Of a stretch of 64,000 nucleotides of DNA, positions 26,940 through 36,790 are shown in pieces. The notes below the pieces were generated by a model, which was given only the letters and a program-made list of their open reading frames with translations, was not told the DNA's origin and made no database searches. The translations under genes and the position numbers were made by a program. Position 1 is the first letter of the stretch. Each line of letters opens with the position of its first letter. This DNA comes from Harriotta raleighana (Eukaryota): assembly GCA_050575255.1 (NCBI GenBank), contig JBNZDD010013718.1, positions 8,486,579 to 8,550,578 on the forward strand, read 5' to 3'.

Positions 26940-26960
26940 CTCAGCACCATGGACAGCACT
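26940..26960 (+). promoter_or_regulatory. RE1/NRSE (REST-binding) element overlapping the CART start codon
   Basis: CTCAGCACCATGGACAGCACT versus the canonical RE1 TTCAGCACCACGGACAGCGCC. Both half-sites (TCAGCACC and GGACAG) are intact with the canonical 2-nt spacer. Confidence 0.85.
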
Positions 26961-29900
26961 CGGCTGCTCCTGCTGACCTGTGTGTGCAGCCTCATCCCCC
27001 TGACATGCGGGGCTGAAGTCACTGAACTCGAGTCCAGATCTCTGAGAAACTTTTACCCTAAAGATACGTCTCTTTCCAGCGAAAAGGAACTGGTCAGTCT
27101 TTTACTTAACCTCTCTGAAATGTGCTAACTTTTTCATATATATATATATATATAGATAATATGTATATATATATATTTTGCAGTCGCTGCCTGTCTATTA
27201 ACTCGCATTACTTTACAGCTCTCTGTCTTTGGTTGATTTTGCTTGACAGAAAGTCAATTTGAAAGGCTGTTTGGGAGGGTTAGAGTGGCAGTTTTAAAGT
27301 CTTATTTAATCCCGTTTGGTTCTCTCTGAAGGTTTCAGTTGATTTACTAACCACAGAAATTGAGAGTTTCAGAGACATTTTAGAGGACATGCCTCGCCTG
27401 GATCAGTATTGGTGAAAATATTCTTAAATTATTTTAGAACTTGTGTTACTTTACGATTACGCAGGTAACAAAATCGCAGTACTAAAAAAAAGTTTTTTTT
27501 TATACATAGAAAGACAAAAATGACAGACTTTTTTTTAGAGAGTCGTTCACAAAACGATAAGTCTTGTCTAAGTGTTTAGATGGGGTGGGTGAGTGGATTC
27601 TAACAATTTTCCTCTCTTGTTGACAGCTGGGAGCTCTTCAAGAAGTGCTCGAAAAACTGCAGAGTAAAAGGCTTCCCACCTGGGAGAAGAAGTTTGGACA
27701 ACTCCCACTGGTAAAGACAACCTTTCATCATATTTTCATTCTCCCATTTCATTTTCCCTCCCTCCCTCTCCCTCTCTTTCTGGGAATCTCGTGAATTGCA
27801 GCAATGTGACCGGTGCAAAGGTGTCGGGCTTCTCCCACATTCTTGAACCGAGCAAAAATAACTTGATTCAGAAATGTGTCCACTCGAATCTCAGTGGGTA
27901 CTTAACACGGTAAATAAGTTATGTGGCAAGCAGCAAGAAACACGGTGAGTGTGGCATTGCCACGAGGCTTGATCGGGAAGGAATCCAGGAAGAAAAATAG
28001 TCCCAGAAACTGAACTTTGATTTTTGCACACAGCTGCTCCCTCCATCCTGCAACGAAGGAGGGAACTCGAAACCTTCAAAGGGTACTACGATGGAATACA
28101 TTTTAAAATAAAATTACGGCATGCATCTATCTGGGGGACACTAAGCATTGTGAATGAGTAGGTTCTACCCTCGTCAATGTCACCCAAGTGGTAACAAGTC
28201 CATGTTTAGATCTCAGCAGGAGGCGAGACAGGTGCACATATTTCTGATTTATCCTCGTCCAATTTTTGTCTGCTACAAGTGTATGTTCAGTGTTACACTA
28301 GAATGCACACTTCATGTTAGAGTTACACAGTGTTTTAACATAATGCTCACCATGGGCGTTATTCCTGGTCACACACACATACCATGGGCTGGATGCGCCC
28401 TCCTTCCTTTTTGTGCAGACATGTCTACGTTTCTAAGATTTAATCAAATCAAATGAGCAATATTGTTTTTCGGTCACTCGAGTCAGAGCGTAAATGAACA
28501 GTCAAACATCCTATATTAACATTTAGAAACGAGTCAAGGTTTTGAAAAACACTTATTTCTGTTTGCTCTGCAAAACGAAGCAAGATTTCAACAGAATAAA
28601 ACTGACTGTGATTATAAATCAATCATGCCTTTGTACGATTTGCACATTTCACTTTTGGGGGAAAGGTTATTGCCACATCATTAATCCTCAAATACTTAGA
28701 TTGTTTAGGGGATGGTTCATTCTAAGACCTGCGGTGTATACAGGAAATGTTATGTGTTGACCAGTGACATGTGAGTTGGTGTATGAGGACGGTGGTTTGC
28801 ATGGGAAGTTTCTTAGAAATCTATGCATCATTCCTCGTGTATATTACAACCTGTTACTGACCTCACTCCTGGATAAGGATGAGTTTGCTCTTTCTGTAGT
28901 TGTTTGGTTTATGCCTGTGACAGACTGCACAGATATCAACATGTTTTATTTACAGGGTGGTGAGGGATGAGATTCTGATTTACCCATGGCTGTTTGTGGG
29001 ACCTTATTTTGAGCAAAACAAGCTGTGACATTTGCCTGGGGGAAAAAAACCAGTCTCTCCACTTGACAGTATCAAAGTAAAACTCTTTGAGATCGTTCAA
29101 AAGTAAGTTGTTTCCAAAAGGAAGACAAATCCTCCAATTATTCACCAGAAATGGAGATTAAAAGGTCCCAAATGTTATTTATTCTATGTGAACTAACTTC
29201 TTTTAATATTTCTCCAGTTATCTAGAATAATTCTGATAGATATGAAGCTACATTTACAATAGTAATAACCTACTTTTATTCTCAACAAGAGACAGAGTGG
29301 TGCAGTATACCCCTCTGGAGTGTAGTTCACTCTTTTTACCCTTATATTTTTATATGGAGTCGTCAGTGCCTCGCAAGTGGGAAACTTATGAGGTGGGTTC
29401 GATTTCTGGCAGAGCAAAATGCTGGGCAAGTTTCCTTACGTCATATGTCTCTGGATACCTAGCAGCAAGTAGGAATTCTGTTGTTAGTCAATTAGTGGAT
29501 TGCTTTTCCGGGTGTAATAATTCCTTCCAAAAAAATCAGAAAATAAATTGGTCACTTCAATCCACGACTGTTTGTGGGATACTGCTATGCCCCAGTTGGC
29601 TGCCACGTTTTGCCCACAAAATATACAGTCAATCCACTTTAAAGTATATTCTGGAAAGCACTTTGAGATGTCTTTAAGACACGTGAGGGCCCTATACCAA
29701 ATGCAAGGATTATTCTTCTTATTATATTCTGATGCTTGCTAAAGTACAATGATGATCTACAGAACAGTGCCAACTAATTGAAATCTATCATGTCCCAAAA
29801 GAGAATTATATATGAGAATGATTTGTGTAAAGTTCAAGAGAGGTTTGGATGAAGAAGGCCCTTCAGTATTTTGAATCTTATCCTTCAGAATTTTCACTTT

Positions 29901-30444
29901 ATTCTCTTGCCATTACATCATAAATTATCTAGTGTTCTGACATCTACACTTTTTTTGTAACTGATTCAAGTTGTTAATTACACTCTGTTTAAAGAAGTAC
30001 TTCCTGGTGCCTGCGCTAACTTTCTCTTCAAAATCCTGAATCTATAATCTCCCGTCCTGCTCTGCTGGTGTAGCTCAAACTTTTGTTCAGGGTTTACTTT
30101 CTTTAGCATCTTATCTAACTCTAGAAATTTCACCTCTGAGACTTACTTTTCATGGCTGAAGAGTCTTAGCAGGTAACTTGCATCAAAGTTGTCTGTGTTT
30201 AAATTTCATTGTCTGCAGTATATTTACAAATTAATTACCAAATGCTGTAAATTTATACCCTGTATATTGGAGATCAAAACATCACCTTACTACTGAAACC
30301 TCTCTCCAGCAATGCTCTCTTTTTGTGTATTCCCAGTGTGACATCGGAGAACAATGTGCCGTGAGGAAGGGAGCAAGGATTGGAAAACTCTGTGACTGTC
30401 CCAGAAGCACTGGCTGCAATTTCTTCCTGCTCAAATGCTTGTAG
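26949..30444 (+). CDS. CARTPT: Cocaine- and amphetamine-regulated transcript (CART) prepropeptide, 3 exons, 111 aa; probably a paralogue of mammalian CARTPT
   Basis: Exons 26949-27092, 27627-27710 and 30337-30444, all GT-AG and phase 0. Translation: [48 protein letters not shown]|[28 protein letters not shown]|[35 protein letters not shown]. It has a hydrophobic signal peptide, KR and KK convertase sites and the six-cysteine CART C-terminus. Confidence 0.96.
29310..29722 (+). mobile_element. SINE of the same family in CART intron 2
   Basis: B box ggttcgattt, core gactgtttgtgggatactgc and tail aaatgcaaggattatt. Confidence 0.8.
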
Positions 30445-30752
30445 AGATCCCAAAAGATTTGCCCCCCACCAGCTCTATTTTCAAGGAGATGGCCACAGAG
30501 TTGGAGTTGGAAGGAAGCATTATGTGGACATATTATAAATACAAAAGATTGTTAGTGCTTCATATACTGTCATAGTACTTTAGAATTGCTCCTGTACATT
30601 GGTTTGTTCTGCTTGTGTTTTGGTGTTTCTTGAAAACAATCAATCTATATTAAATATGTTATCCTGTTTTGTAAAGCAGTCTGTCTGGTCTCTAGATTTC
30701 ACTGTTGTCTTAGTGGTGATCCTGTGGTGCAGGAGCTACGATGCCCATTGAA

Positions 30753-30758
30753 AATAAA
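30753..30758 (+). terminator. Probable CART polyadenylation signal
   Basis: AATAAA about 310 nt after the stop codon; an ATTAAA variant is at 30649-30654. Confidence 0.5.
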
Positions 30759-33700
30759 ATGATCTTTAGATTGAACCCCAAGTACACCCGATCCTCTTTG
30801 AATATAACACTTTGCAGCTAGACACCTGGTAACAGTTGGAAGCCACATATTATGTTTGCCCTCCCATAACTACTGCAATAATAACAACAAAACTACATTT
30901 GTACAGCGCATTTAATTGCTTATTCAGGCAGGCAGTGATGACAAACATAAAGATGCCTCAGTCGCAGAAATCTCAGCTTTCTTATTTAAGGAGGCTGCAT
31001 AATAATGAACCACTGCTGGGAAAAATAGCAAAATAAAAGCCAGAAAAGATGAAACAGCTATAAAAACTAGGGTAAGGCTAGGTCCTTGGTAGAACTATTG
31101 TTGAAAAGACATCAGGAGGTACATAAGGTCACCTCGGTGGGACTTTCCTGGATGGAGCTTTGAATTTCTGTCCACTCACCTCCCCTACTTGTATTCTAAC
31201 CCAAGAAACGGTATCAGACCAAGATGTCTACTTGTATTAGTGAGCTGGGGAGGATAATTAAATTGAAAATTTTCCCAAGATACACTTGTGTACCTCTTTA
31301 TAACTGGCCATCAGTTGGATTGAAAATATTCTGAGAATAGGCTCAAAGTTCACCAGCGTCAATGGTGAATAATTGCCATCTAAAACATTTTTGGTCAAGT
31401 CCCAATCTGAGCTATCTGTGAAAATTGTCTATCTTAAGTGTGCAAATGTATCAGCACTAATACAATGGGTCAAATAACCTCATATTCCATTGTAGATTTG
31501 AATACTTGTTTGGACTATTCCTCATCTGTTTAGAGTTCCCACACAGAAATAATATATTTCATTCTGAGGAGGGAAAACCGCAATGATGCCCACCTAATCC
31601 CTTGTGAATTGCATTTTTTCAGACAAGACTGACAAAAGTCATTAAACAAAATGCAAACTTCTCCAGATGCTGGAAATCTGAAACAAAAACAGAAGTTGTC
31701 CAAACACTCAGTATCTTTGGAGAAAGGAATGTGAGTCAACATTTCGGCCACAACCTTTCGTCAGAACTGGGCATGTCATTAAAAGCTGGATGAGAAATCA
31801 GATAAAAGTCATTATCTGCTTTCTTGTCCAGCATAACCATAAACCATAAGCAATCCACCCAGGATAGATTGGCTCTCACACTCAGGGATTATTGGGATTC
31901 TTAAAACAAATTGAGTCATGAATTATTTTGTTATTCTTATCCATTAATCTTGCCATAACTTGTGGTTTATAGAGATATTTATTTCTGTGAAATTCACTTG
32001 TGCCTCTGGGAAAATCAGTAGCTCCCTATTTGTGACAAAAATTCAATAGATCCTCCCTTTGCACCAATTTCATCTCGACACCAGGTTGATTAGATTCTTA
32101 AGTTGTCAAAGGTTAATATCTCTATTGCTGATTTATTGGGCAGCCCAAACATTCCCATTGATCAAATGGAGAAATAAGAATGCCATTGCCATTTATGGTT
32201 TCTGAACAACATCTGGTCAGATTAATTGACTGCTTGCTCTTTAGTTCAATACGCACTGATACCACAAAACATATGCATGGGGGATGAGACCAAGAATTGC
32301 ATTGGGATACTGCTTCTCGCAACATCTGGAAGAGGTGATTTCAAGAGTAGTATGATTCACCATGCACTGCCAGATGAACACTAACTCTCTCTCCTTGATC
32401 AGCGCCAAATAATAGTTTACAGTATTCATACAATAACACCAGGCTATGCTTTAGATGTTTGTTGGTCGGTAGAGAGTTCTGGTACATAAATCTTCCTCAA
32501 ACTAATTTTTTCCCCTTGAATAAACAATATTTTTGGATGAAAACATCTGCCAGTCAGGCTCTGCCATTGTTAAGTGCTCTCGGAAGCTATCCTGCATGGA
32601 GGGTGCTATGTAAGTGCAAGTGGTTGCTGTGGCTGCCATGTAAATGAGCCTTGGGTACCTCGTGGTCACCAAGCAACAGTATAAAAGTTAAAAGTTGAAA
32701 TGTTAACAAATGTTTGGTCCACATTGACATTGATTGATTGATGCTCTGTAGGTGCAATATTAAATACAAGAATTATAATTTGTATTATGATTATCATTAT
32801 TCACTAACAAAGTGTACAGCTGCCAATAAAAGATGTCTGAACATTCAACAGGGAAATTGAATTGTAAAAAATTTGTATGATGTAGTTTAAAATTGTTTTC
32901 AACAAGTGATTGAAATTGGAAAGCAAATATGGCCATTTAAAGTGAGGCCATGTGTGAGACAATCACTATAAAACAGGAAAAAAGCCAAGAAAACTATTTT
33001 GCGTCAAGGCTGAACATTTCTGTCCCAGATATCAGATCAAAGTGCTTTTGAAGTTTCTCTAAGATACAGTGTCCAAATGATTCTGAATACCAATTTTGGT
33101 TGGAGGCACAAAGAATAGTAGACTTGATTGAACGAATGGCATTTACACATATTACATAAGATGACAGTCTTTTAAGAGCTTGCTTGTTATGCAAATCNTG
33201 AACGAATGGCATTTACACATATTACATAAGATGACAGTCTTTTAAGAGCTTGCTTGTTACACATGGATTTTCAACAATGCCTGGAGCAATTGAGGTTTTT
33301 CTAAAAAATAAATGTTAACTTTTTTCACCCTCCCTCTCCTGTTAGGTGCTTGACTCCCTTTTCCATTTTCTGTGGCACAGTTCTAATCCAAAAGGGATAC
33401 TCTGCTGTACCAGCATGGTGAGGCTGAATAGCCTCTTTGTGTGATACAAAGTTCTATGATACATATTGAAAGGCTTTTTGATTACAGGAGGCATAATACA
33501 GGAGCCTGATCTATTCTTCCCAATAGTTTGTCAAAAATACATCTCCATCAGGGCATTATTGGATAGTGAGAAAGAGCAGGGTCCCTGTTTGATTTAAATC
33601 TTCCTTACCCAGGATATTATAGTTGGTTACTTCAGCACGGGACATCAGTCAGATCTAGGAGCTTCCTAGTAATTAAGCCTCAGGCTTACTCACCGAATAA

Positions 33701-33928
33701 ACTCACTGTGTGGGTGGAAACAGACTCTTAGTCACTGTACTTGAAGGAAAGTTGGTGCATTCATCGCAAAACTATATAACAATGATATATTGTAAAGGTA
33801 GCATGTGCTTTATGAGGTCACACTTCTTTATGTTTGCATCACTACCTGGATACAACAAACACACAACATCTAAATGTTGACACTCACATCTTCTCAAGAG
33901 CCTTGAGTACTGTTGTCCACTTTAAAAA

Positions 33929-35716
33929 ATGAAATTAGAATTTGATGATCATAAACACAGTAGTTATATCTTACAAGCTCTTAATAATCAGAGGCAGAAG
34001 AAGGAATGTTGTGATGTGGTGATCAATGTTGGGTCCCATTCATTTGCAACTCACCAGAATATCCTGACCGCAGTCAGCCCCTATGTGAAAGATTTAATCT
34101 ACAGCTGCAACATCCAGCCTTCGGATGAGCTATCGGTCACCATCGATATAGATTACATGAGCCCACTGTCAGTGGAACAACTGCTGGATTATTTTTACAC
34201 AGGGAAGATCATCATCTCTGATAAAAATGTGGAGGACCTGTTGAAGGGGGCAAAGTACTTTATGATAAAACGACTTAAGTCACATTGTGTAGAGTACCTG
34301 CAACTCATTCTGGACCGACAGAACTATATGCACACTCTGATGCTAGCTGAGAACTATGATTTATTGGATTTATCACCAACAGTATATGCATACGTCAGAG
34401 ATGAATTTTCTGACCTATGTTCCACAGATGAATTTTTGGAATGCCCATATCATGTCTTACTAAAACTTATTAAGGATGAAGACCTACACGCTGACAGTGA
34501 GGACCAGGTGCTGCACACTATCATACAGTGGACAAAACATAATTTAGAAGATAGGAAAGTGCATTTATCAAAACTTTTTTCCAACATTCACTTGAATGGA
34601 GTCTCGGATGAAATGCTTTCAGAAGTCAGTAGCGAAGAGCCGCTGGTTAAGAATAATGCGAATGCTGTGGTAGCCATAGTCGATGTGTTGAGCCGTCGTA
34701 AGCAGGAAAACCCAAATAGCCTCTTGAATTTTCAGCGGAAGGGAACTCTGATGGATGTGGTACTTGTTCTAGGGGGTCAAAGTAGCGATGGCAATTTTCG
34801 CAATGGAATCTATGCATACATCATTGATGAAAATAAGTGGATCAAGATTACTCACATGCCTTATAGAGCGGCAGCTTTGGGTGCCGTCTCCACCCAGAAA
34901 TATTTGTATGTGACAGGAGGGACAAATGAGCAAAATGCCAGCTTAAAATCAGCCTGGAGATATGATCTTGACAAGTCTACTTGGAGCAAGCTACCAGACC
35001 TACCAATGGGATTGGTCTTCCATTCCATGATAGCTTGCAATGGATTAGTGTATACAGTGGGTGGAAGTGTGGCACCCAGAAAATATATCTCGACTATTTA
35101 TAGATATGATGAGAAGAAGGAAAAGTGGTCAACTATTGGAAGAATGAGTGTTCCTATGGACTGTGCTGAAATTGTAACCAAAGGGGACCGGTATATCTAC
35201 ATAGCAACAGGGAGATGTATGATAAATGAACGGATCTCCAGGGTAGGAGTGGTGGATTGTTTTGACACTATTACTGGCGAGGTGAAACAAAGCTTGACTT
35301 TCCCCATTGAGTTTAAGCACAGGCCAGTTGTAGCATTCCATGGGGAGCACAACCTCAGTGTGCAAAGCCATAAGCACAATATTGATGTGAATTTGCAGAA
35401 ATTCAAAGCAAATAAAACTGCCAAGAGAGTGCCATTGCTACCAAATTCCACCAAACTGGAGGTATGCCATGCAATGTGTCTCATCAGAGATATGGTGTTC
35501 GTCTGCGGTGGAACATCTGCTGTGGATGATGGTGATGTAAAAGAATATTCTGTGAACAAAAATGCTTTCATTTTAGAGGCAAATGCTGGGATGTGGAAGG
35601 AAGTGGCCAAACCAATTGAAGCCCTGGAGAGTTCAGCTTGCTGTACGACCAAACTGCAGTGTAAACTCATACAAAGACCCGAGAAAATTCCAACTAAACA
35701 AAAGTCAGACAATTAA
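33929..35716 (+). CDS. CCIN: Calicin (BTB-BACK-Kelch sperm perinuclear theca protein), single exon, 595 aa
   Basis: Uninterrupted 595-aa ORF with BTB, BACK and Kelch repeats. Motifs match mammalian calicin as I recall it, along the full length: MKLEF, QLLDYFYTGK, MPYRAAAL, LPDLPMGLVFH, ISRVGVVDCFDT, TFPIEF, CKLIQR. Confidence 0.93.
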   Translation: MKLEFDDHKHSSYILQALNNQRQKKECCDVVINVGSHSFATHQNILTAVSPYVKDLIYSCNIQPSDELSVTIDIDYMSPLSVEQLLDYFYTGKIIISDKNVEDLLKGAKYFMIKRLKSHCVEYLQLILDRQNYMHTLMLAENYDLLDLSPTVYAYVRDEFSDLCSTDEFLECPYHVLLKLIKDEDLHADSEDQVLHTIIQWTKHNLEDRKVHLSKLFSNIHLNGVSDEMLSEVSSEEPLVKNNANAVVAIVDVLSRRKQENPNSLLNFQRKGTLMDVVLVLGGQSSDGNFRNGIYAYIIDENKWIKITHMPYRAAALGAVSTQKYLYVTGGTNEQNASLKSAWRYDLDKSTWSKLPDLPMGLVFHSMIACNGLVYTVGGSVAPRKYISTIYRYDEKKEKWSTIGRMSVPMDCAEIVTKGDRYIYIATGRCMINERISRVGVVDCFDTITGEVKQSLTFPIEFKHRPVVAFHGEHNLSVQSHKHNIDVNLQKFKANKTAKRVPLLPNSTKLEVCHAMCLIRDMVFVCGGTSAVDDGDVKEYSVNKNAFILEANAGMWKEVAKPIEALESSACCTTKLQCKLIQRPEKIPTKQKSDN

Positions 35717-35783
35717 GATACTATATTTTAAAAAATCTACCTATTCAATATTAATTGCAAATTGTTTTGTATCCTATTATAAC

Positions 35784-35789
35784 AATAAA
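35784..35789 (+). terminator. Probable CCIN polyadenylation signal
   Basis: AATAAA about 70 nt after the TAA stop. Confidence 0.55.
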
Positions 35790-36399
35790 GGTATCAAACA
35801 CAAAATTCTTGTTGAAAATATTAGTCATAATCATTATAAAGAATGTTATTCAATTATATTATAGTCATAATCATTATAAAGAATGTTATTCAATTCATTT
35901 AATTTTCACTGATGCTAAACATTCTAGATTTTTGAATTCATCCAAATTAGAGTTCAATCCTCTGAGATACAATACTAATTTATAGTTCCAGAGCACTTTT
36001 TACTTTGGGAGGATGACCCAAGGAGCTTCACAATCCTGGCTTTGATGAAAAAGCTTTCCTATTTTGGACTTTATCTTTTCGTCAGCATGAAGCAGTTCCA
36101 AGTCGTGGTTGTTTTTTGAAGCGTTTCAAGACATCTAGGCCATATAAGGCGCTATTATTATTATTACAACATGGTTGAAGGATAGATGTATTATTCAAAT
36201 GATCTCCAACAATGCATTCTTCACCATCGCAAACACAACCAACAACTCCCAGGATTACTACAGTATGGTGGTACTGTATAGTGCGGTAAGTTAAAAAGTT
36301 TTCCGAACGATAAAAGTTTAGACTAAAAGAATCCATCCAAGTTATTGTCCTGTCCCACACACAAGGGCTCCTTCCCACGGGAACAGGTGCTGGGAGTAT

Positions 36400-36790
36400 C
36401 TGCCAGCATCAAAGATGGCGCCGGACTACATTTCCCACGATGCCGAGCGGCGACAGGCGGCGGCTGTTCTCGGACCCGCCTAATTTTTTTCGGGTGGTTT
36501 GATTGAGTGGCTCCGGGAAGGTGTCAGCACCGGCCCCGACCCCCGTCACCGGCCTGAACCGCTCCCGACATGATACACGAGCTGCTCCTGGCCTTAAGCG
36601 GCTACCCGGGCAGCGTCTTCAGTTGGAACAAACGCAGCGGCCTTCAGGTGAGAGCCGGATCCGGAGTCATGGCAACCGGGCCCGGTATTCAGAGAGCCGC
36701 CGCCTCCTTCTACAACTGATGAGGCCCCGGCCTATCAATCCCCCGCCTCCCCCCACACACTCACAGGCTCCGTAACCCCCCCCCCCTTCC
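36400..36790 (+). promoter_or_regulatory. CpG-island promoter and first exon of TUBGCP4 with YY1 and ZNF143(SBS)/THAP11 motifs
   Basis: Locally CpG-rich in an AT-rich background. AAGATGGCG (YY1-type) at 36412-36420 is followed by ACTACATTTCCCACGATGCC (ZNF143 SBS) at 36425-36444. Confidence 0.8.

Noticed and set aside
33129-33259. Apparent tandem duplications here and at 53391-53630 and 60616-60792
   Set aside because: Each is centred on a single N and is best explained as overlapping contig ends.
33318-33346. Acceptor-like polypyrimidine tract plus TAG upstream of CCIN
   Set aside because: No matching upstream exon was identified, and it is followed by a CR1-like remnant.
35197-35712. 171-aa antisense ORF
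   Set aside because: Shadow ORF opposite the calicin CDS, with no recognisable protein features.
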